NCBI GenBank assembly: GCA_964016885.1
Contig: OZ024754.1
Coordinates: 17,918,001 to 17,982,000 of the forward strand
Direction: 5' to 3'
DNA: 64,000 nt
From: Eledone cirrhosa
Lineage: Eukaryota
Shown here: positions 57,701 through 64,000 of the stretch, piece by piece
How the letters are laid out: each line of letters opens with the position of its first letter
How positions within the stretch are numbered: the stretch's first letter is position 1
The notes under the pieces: generated by a model
What the model was told of the DNA's origin: nothing
The model's database searches: none
The model's input: the letters and a program-made list of their open reading frames with translations, nothing else
Translations under genes and position numbers: made by a program

Positions 57701-59265
57701 TATAGCATATAATCTGTGATAAAATGGAGTGGTGAGGCCACATAAGGTTGGATCAAGGCAGAATGTACACATTGCATGTAAAGGGTCCTAAACCTATGGT
57801 TTGACCTGTGATAAGGTGCTGTACAACAACATTGTTGACAGCTGTACAACTGATATGTTGTGTCTATAACAACCAAGATGAGGACACTAGTCTAATAAAT
57901 CGGAGTATAATAATGATATTACCTCTGAAAATGGCCAGAGGGTAGAGCAATTGATATGCTGTGTCTATAACAAGCAGGGCGAAGACACTAGTCTGACTAT
58001 ATCAGTGTATAATGATACTTTTTAAGATTGGCACAAGGCCAACAATTGGGGGAGGATTGATTATATCAGCCCCAGTAGATGGAGCTTTTATTTCATTGAC
58101 CCTCAAAGGATGAAAGCAAAGTTGGCATCTATTTCACAGACACATGAAATGAAGCAATGCAATAAAGATCATGTGTGATGACCAGTCTAAAAGACAGTAG
58201 AATAGTACTGCATGGCTAATTCTGGTTTCTAAAAAAAAAACAATTATTGATTTTCCAACCCAACCCCACATTATTTGGGAGTCGAGAGGAAATCAATATT
58301 TAACCCTTTTGCATTTAAACCAGCTGTATCCAGCCAAAATTCTCTCACCTCTTTCTGTTCAAACTGGCCACTCATACTGATATTAAGCTATTGTTCTCAA
58401 AATAAATAACATCAAAATCTCTCTTTACTATGAAAATACAATAATAAATATGGAGTAATGTAAATGCTCAAGGGTTAATATAGAACTGTAATTAAATTCT
58501 TGTCAGATTTTGAAACGTGATACTAATCAACTATTTACATGAATGCAATGATCTAGTTAAAATGTCAGCCTAGAGAATCAGAACTAGACAATGGGGTCCA
58601 GTTAGATGTAATTTCCCATGGTCACTTTACTCTCGTTTTTTCTGCTCCCTAAAAGAAAAGACAAAAGCAGATTTCTTGGTATTCAAACTTACAGAATCAA
58701 CATCATCATCAGCTCTACCTCAACTTTTCTATTCTGGCATGGGTTGGACGGAATTTCTGAGGCAATGTTTTACAGCCAGATGCCCTTCCTGACACCAACC
58801 ATTTTAATTGTTCCTTACAACATACACTATTAACAAAAGTCAATACTTTTCTTCAGAACACTGTGTGGAACCAAATACCTTTCTTGAGATTAATTCAGAA
58901 TAAATGGTGGTGCCCCAGCATGGCCACAGTTCATGGATTGGAACAGGTAAAAGAATAATTCTGAAAGAAATTATCATCATTATATATATATATTGTTATA
59001 CTTTGGGAGGGTCATGATGCCAATTAAAACACATGCATCTGTTGGTTTTCACTTCAATTTATTACAAATTTCCGGTTGGTTGGTTAGTTTGATAACCGGA
59101 AGGAAGTTTATATATTGTCAAATCTCTTTTGTCACACATTCTGTGACCTCTTCAGTGACTAGGTTTTATTTTGTGTCTCTTTCCTTTGTTCTGTCCTATA
59201 CCAAGATGGTGTAGGACAGAACAAAGGAGAGACAATCAGCCAACCAACTCGAAATTTATAATAAA

Positions 59266-60444
59266 TTAGACCACCCGTGATTCTTTGGGTCATGTTCACT
59301 TAAAAATAATTTTTAAATAATTAAAATATACACAGACATATATATAATTTGAAATGAAACTGGAAGGCCCATATATATACGTGTGTCATCATCATCACCG
59401 TTTTACATCCATTCATCCATGCTAGCATAGGTTAGACAAGTTGTCCTATTGTGGGCAATGCCAGGTCAGGTGACCATGTCTTGCTCATACAGGAACTGAT
59501 TCTAGTTTGATTTCTACAGCTGGATGCCCTTCCTAACACCAACCTCATTTACAGTGAGTGCTGGGTGCTTTTTTACCGTGGTGCCTACACGACCACTTTG
59601 CAGTGTGGGCTGGGTGCTTTTTTGTTGTGGCACCTCCATGACCAGTTTGCAGTGGGAGGGGGTGGGCGCATATTGTCTATATGCTTCAGCTTCGGCTTGT
59701 ACCCGTGGGAAGTCGGGTCTTCTGTATTATTGTGTAAAGCCAGAGGTCTCAGTCGTGTGTCATTGCCTTTGAGAGGTGCAATTGGGTAAGGTTGGCTTTT
59801 ATCACCTCATCCCAGGTCATCTTGGGTCTCCCCACTCCGCGGTTTCCATCAACTTCTAGTGCTCTGCACCTTTTTATGCAGCTGTCATCCTTCATATGCA
59901 TCACATGTCCATACCAACGCAACTGCCTCTCCTGCACACAGTATTTGATTCCTCTTATGCTGAGTTTCTCTCTCAATTTATTTATGCTTTGCCATTCGTG
60001 TATATTACTATTACACATCCATTGGAGCATGCAAGCTTTGTTTCTTTCTAATCTACACAAGTCTTCTACAGACAGCGCCCAGGTCTCACTACCATGTAGC
60101 ATTGCTGTTCATATGCACACATCATACAGTCTGCCTTTCATTTTGAGGGAAAAGCCTTTTGCGGCTATCAGTGGTAGTAGCTCCCAGTGTATGTATATAT
60201 ATAAATGTGTGTATTTGTATACATATATATATATGTGTGTGTAGATATATATGTGGGTGTCTGTGATCTATATACACTGGTCATAGACACACACACACGC
60301 TCACATATATATATATACACAACACCACCAGCTCTCTTCCATTCTCCTTTCCTTTTCTCTATGTCTCTCTTTCAATCTACTGTCACAACCACATATATAC
60401 ATACATATATATATACACATATATATACACACACACATATATAT

Positions 60445-60485
<41 letters not shown>

Positions 60486-60810
60486 CTAGACCACCCGTGA
60501 CTCGGGTCATGTTCACTTAAAAATAATTTTTAAATAATAAAAATATACACAGACATGTATATAATGTGAAATGAAACTGGAAGGTCCATATATATACGTG
60601 TGTGTATGTATATATGTGTGTGTATACATATATATTTGTATGTTTGTGTGTATATATATATGTCTGCGATCTATATGCACTGGTCCTAGACACACACACA
60701 TATATATGTACACAACACCACCACCAGCTCTCTTCCGTTCTCCTTCTCTGTCTCCTCTCCCTCTCTCTCACAACCACTATCTCTTCCTCTCTATATTTCT
60801 CTCTCTTTGT
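59266..60810 (-). mobile_element. Tandem pair of short Helitron-like units (CTAG + ACCCG-tgact-CGGGT hairpin), the first split by the RTE fragment
   Basis: 59266-59385 matches 60486-60600; 60230-60390 matches 60640-60790. Confidence 0.5.
59385..60190 (-). mobile_element. RTE LINE 3' fragment
   Basis: MLHGSETWAL...LRWYGHVMHM...GRPKMTW; (ATC)n tail. Confidence 0.85.
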
Positions 60811-60959
60811 TTATGAAGGTACCCAGAAAAACCTGTATCTCAGGAACCCATCCTTCAATTTACGTGAAACTTGTTTTATTCCATTTGTATTCCCATTTCA
60901 GGGTCAACTTCCTTTCAAAGTATTTTCCCATTATGTGCCCTTTTGGCTGTATTACATTA

Positions 60960-61240
60960 CATATTTTTTCACGCTCAGAGTTGCTGAAGCATGGAACAAA
61001 CTACCTGCATCGGTTGTTAGCTGTCGAGACACTGCATCCTTTAAGGCCTCCATGCTTCCCGAGATTCGCCAACACTACACCTAATGTCCCCCCCCCCTCC
61101 ATACACATACACACACGTATATCATGACTCATACACTATTCACTTCCCTGACATTTGTGTATTATTCTATGTACTATACATTCACCTTTGACGAGTTGTG
61201 CACCTGAGCACTTTACACAATAATTTCATTACTATTATTT
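60960..61240 (+). mobile_element. CR1 LINE 3' end with tail
   Basis: FFTLRVAEAWNKLPASVVSCRDTASFK; matches the reverse complement of 46000-46165. Confidence 0.85.
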
Positions 61241-61409
61241 TTATACAAGCAAGCAATCACAGACTTTTAGTATTATATAGATAGATAGACTGAAGTGAAA
61301 ACCAACAGGTGCATGTGTTTTTATTGGCAACATGACCCTCCCAAAGTATAACAATATCTGTTTCAACACATGTTTTCAGATAAAAAATTTCACAAAACAA
61401 ATTCAAAAT

Positions 61410-61595
61410 CAAATTATATATATATATACATACACACACACATGCCCATATATGTATAGACATATATATACACACACATATATACATATATATATACACA
61501 TTAAAATCGAATTATATATATATATACATATATATACACATTAAAATCGAATTATATATATATTTATACATATATACACACATTTAAAATCGAAT

Positions 61596-61629
<34 letters not shown>

Positions 61630-62315
61630 AATATGTACACACATATATATATACACATACATATACACACACATATATGTATACACATATATATACATAC
61701 ATATATATATACACACACACACATACACATGTATATACATACATATATATATATAGACATATACACACACACACATATACACACATACATATATATACAC
61801 ATACACACACACATACATATACATACATGCACACACACATATATATATATATACATATATACATGCACACACACACATACATACATGCACACACACACAG
61901 ATATATACATATATACATGCACACACATACATATATCATCATCGTTTAACGTCCATATTCCACGCTTGCATATACACACACACATACATATACATACATG
62001 CACACACACATATATATATATATATACATATATACATGCACACACACACATACATACATGCACACACACACAGATATATACATATATACATGCACACACA
62101 TACATATATCATCATCGTTTAACGTCCATATTCCACGCTTGCATATACACACACACATACATATACATACATGCACACACACATATATATATATATATAC
62201 ATATATACATGCACACACACACATACATACATGCACACACACACAGATATATACATATATACATGCACACACATACATATATCATCATCGTTTAACGTCC
62301 ATATTCCACGCTTGC

Positions 62316-62352
<37 letters not shown>

Positions 62353-62359
62353 CACACAC

Positions 62360-62392
<33 letters not shown>
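61410..62392. repeat. (CA/TA) microsatellite field containing three 173-bp units, each with an RTE tail snippet
   Basis: atcatcatcgtttaacgtccatattccacgcttgcat at ~61935, ~62108, ~62281. Confidence 0.88.
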
Positions 62393-62396
<4 letters not shown>

Positions 62397-63274
62397 CAAA
62401 TAAAATTATCGAGAATCGGAACTTCGGCCCACGAAATAACGAAAAACAATCTTCGAAATGTGTGGCAAAGTGCTCAATGGTTTGGATAAACCAGAGCTAT
62501 AACTAACGTTTAATACCAAACACACTGAGACGATGTTTAAACAATCATTCGCACAGCCAAAAAATACGATCAAGTAATTCGGGTCAAACAAATAAAAACA
62601 TACATGATATATATACATATATATTTTAGAAATTAAAAAAAAAGTCATATTATAAAAAGGTGTCTTTATTTCATTCAGGACCTAGGGTTCAACAGTTTAA
62701 ATAATGTAATAATGTTGGAGTAGTAGTGGTAGTAGTAATAATCATTATAATAATAGAAATAATTATTATGGTAATAATAGTTATATGTAATAATTAAGAG
62801 CTGATCATAAAATACACAGCTCAATGCACACAATCTAATAATTTCAACAGACAGCCTGAATTCAATTCTACGAACACAATAGCAATTTTACATCAACAGA
62901 TGTTGCAGGCAAATATTCCGACAGCAACTGTAACATATTCGATGCAGTATACATCAGGGCTAAAATGTATTAGCAAGTGACACCCAGGTTCTCTTTGATT
63001 TAAAAAAAAAGAGGAAAAAGGAGCAATTGTAATTGGGTAGAAAAAATTAGAAAATTAATTTTTAAAAAAATTAATAAAAAAAAAACACACCAAGAAAGAT
63101 ACATGCAAAATTCTATTTCAATATATATATATTTTTTAAAAGTAAATTTTAATTATCCAGCTGCAACTTTTAAACTAGTCTTAAGACTAATATAATTCCA
63201 ACAGCATTAAATACTGGGTTTTATTTTTTTCATTTTTACAAATCTGTTCATGTGTATTTCTTCTTATTTGACTG

Positions 63275-63975
63275 ATTGTGTGTGTATGATAGTAAGAGAG
63301 AGAGTGTGTGTATGTCTGTGAGAGAGAGAGAGAGAGAGAGTGTGTGTATGTCTGTGAGAGAGAGAGAGAGAGAGAGAGAGTGTGTGTATGTCTGTGTGTG
63401 TGTATGATAGTAAGAGTGTGTGTGTGAGAGAGAGAGAGAGAGTGTGTGTGTATGTGTGTGTTAGTGTGTGGGAGAGGGAGAGAGAGAGTGTGTGTGTTGC
63501 TTGTGTGTGTGGGAGAGAGAGAGTGAGTGTGTATGTGGGAGAGAGAGAGAGAGTGTGTGTTGCTTGTGTGTGTGGGAGAGAGAGAGTGTGTGTGTTAGTG
63601 TGTTGCTTGTGTGTGTGGGAGAGAGAGAGTGTGTGTGTTAGTGTGTTGCTTGTGTGTGTGGGAGAGAGTGTGTATGTGTGTGTTAGTGTGTGGGAGAGAG
63701 AGAGTGTGTGTGTGTGTGTGTGTTAGTGTGTTGCTTGTGTGTGTGGGAGAGAGAGTGAGTGTGTGTATGTGTGTGTGGGAGAGAGAGTGAGTGTGTGTGT
63801 ATGTGTGTGTGGGAGAGAGAGAGTGTGTGTGTGGGAGAGAGAGAGAGTGTGTGTGTATGTGTGTGTGGGAGAGAGAGAGAGAGAGTGTGTGTGTATGTGT
63901 GTGTGGGAGAGAGAGAGAGTGTGTGTGTATGTGTGTGTGGGAGAGAGAGAGAGAGTGTGTGTGTGTATGTGTGCA
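63275..63975. repeat. Compound (GT)n/(GA)n microsatellite
   Basis: Direct inspection. Confidence 0.92.
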
Positions 63976-64000
63976 AATTTATAAGAATGTAAAAATCTAT

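Noticed and set aside
61257-63992. ORFs rich in Y/I/C/V/H/T
   Set aside because: These are dinucleotide microsatellite translations.

Overview
This is AT-rich, repeat-dense eukaryotic DNA; the SINE/RTE repertoire and microsatellites suggest a cephalopod, probably an octopus (inference). The only host gene I can support is on the minus strand. It has 14 phase-consistent GT-AG coding exons (36710 down to 554, 574 codons, running off the window start) and encodes an N-terminal Hook/CH-like domain plus coiled coil, most similar to NuMA. Its introns and the upstream 27 kb contain decayed RTE and CR1 LINEs, tRNA-derived SINEs, MITEs, Helitron pieces, a DD41D Tc1/mariner element and kb-scale minisatellites. 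Three things stand out. (i) Two Penelope-like (probably Naiad-type) elements have long inverted terminal arms carrying minimal hammerhead ribozymes. (ii) A spacer-less 214-bp palindrome contains a hammerhead relic. (iii) A non-coding tRNA-Trp-primed LTR family lacks the canonical terminal CA, has a covarying post-PBS hairpin, and its complete copy is flanked by a ~61-bp duplication instead of a 4-6 bp TSD. All calls were made by eye without database searches, and repeat boundaries are approximate.
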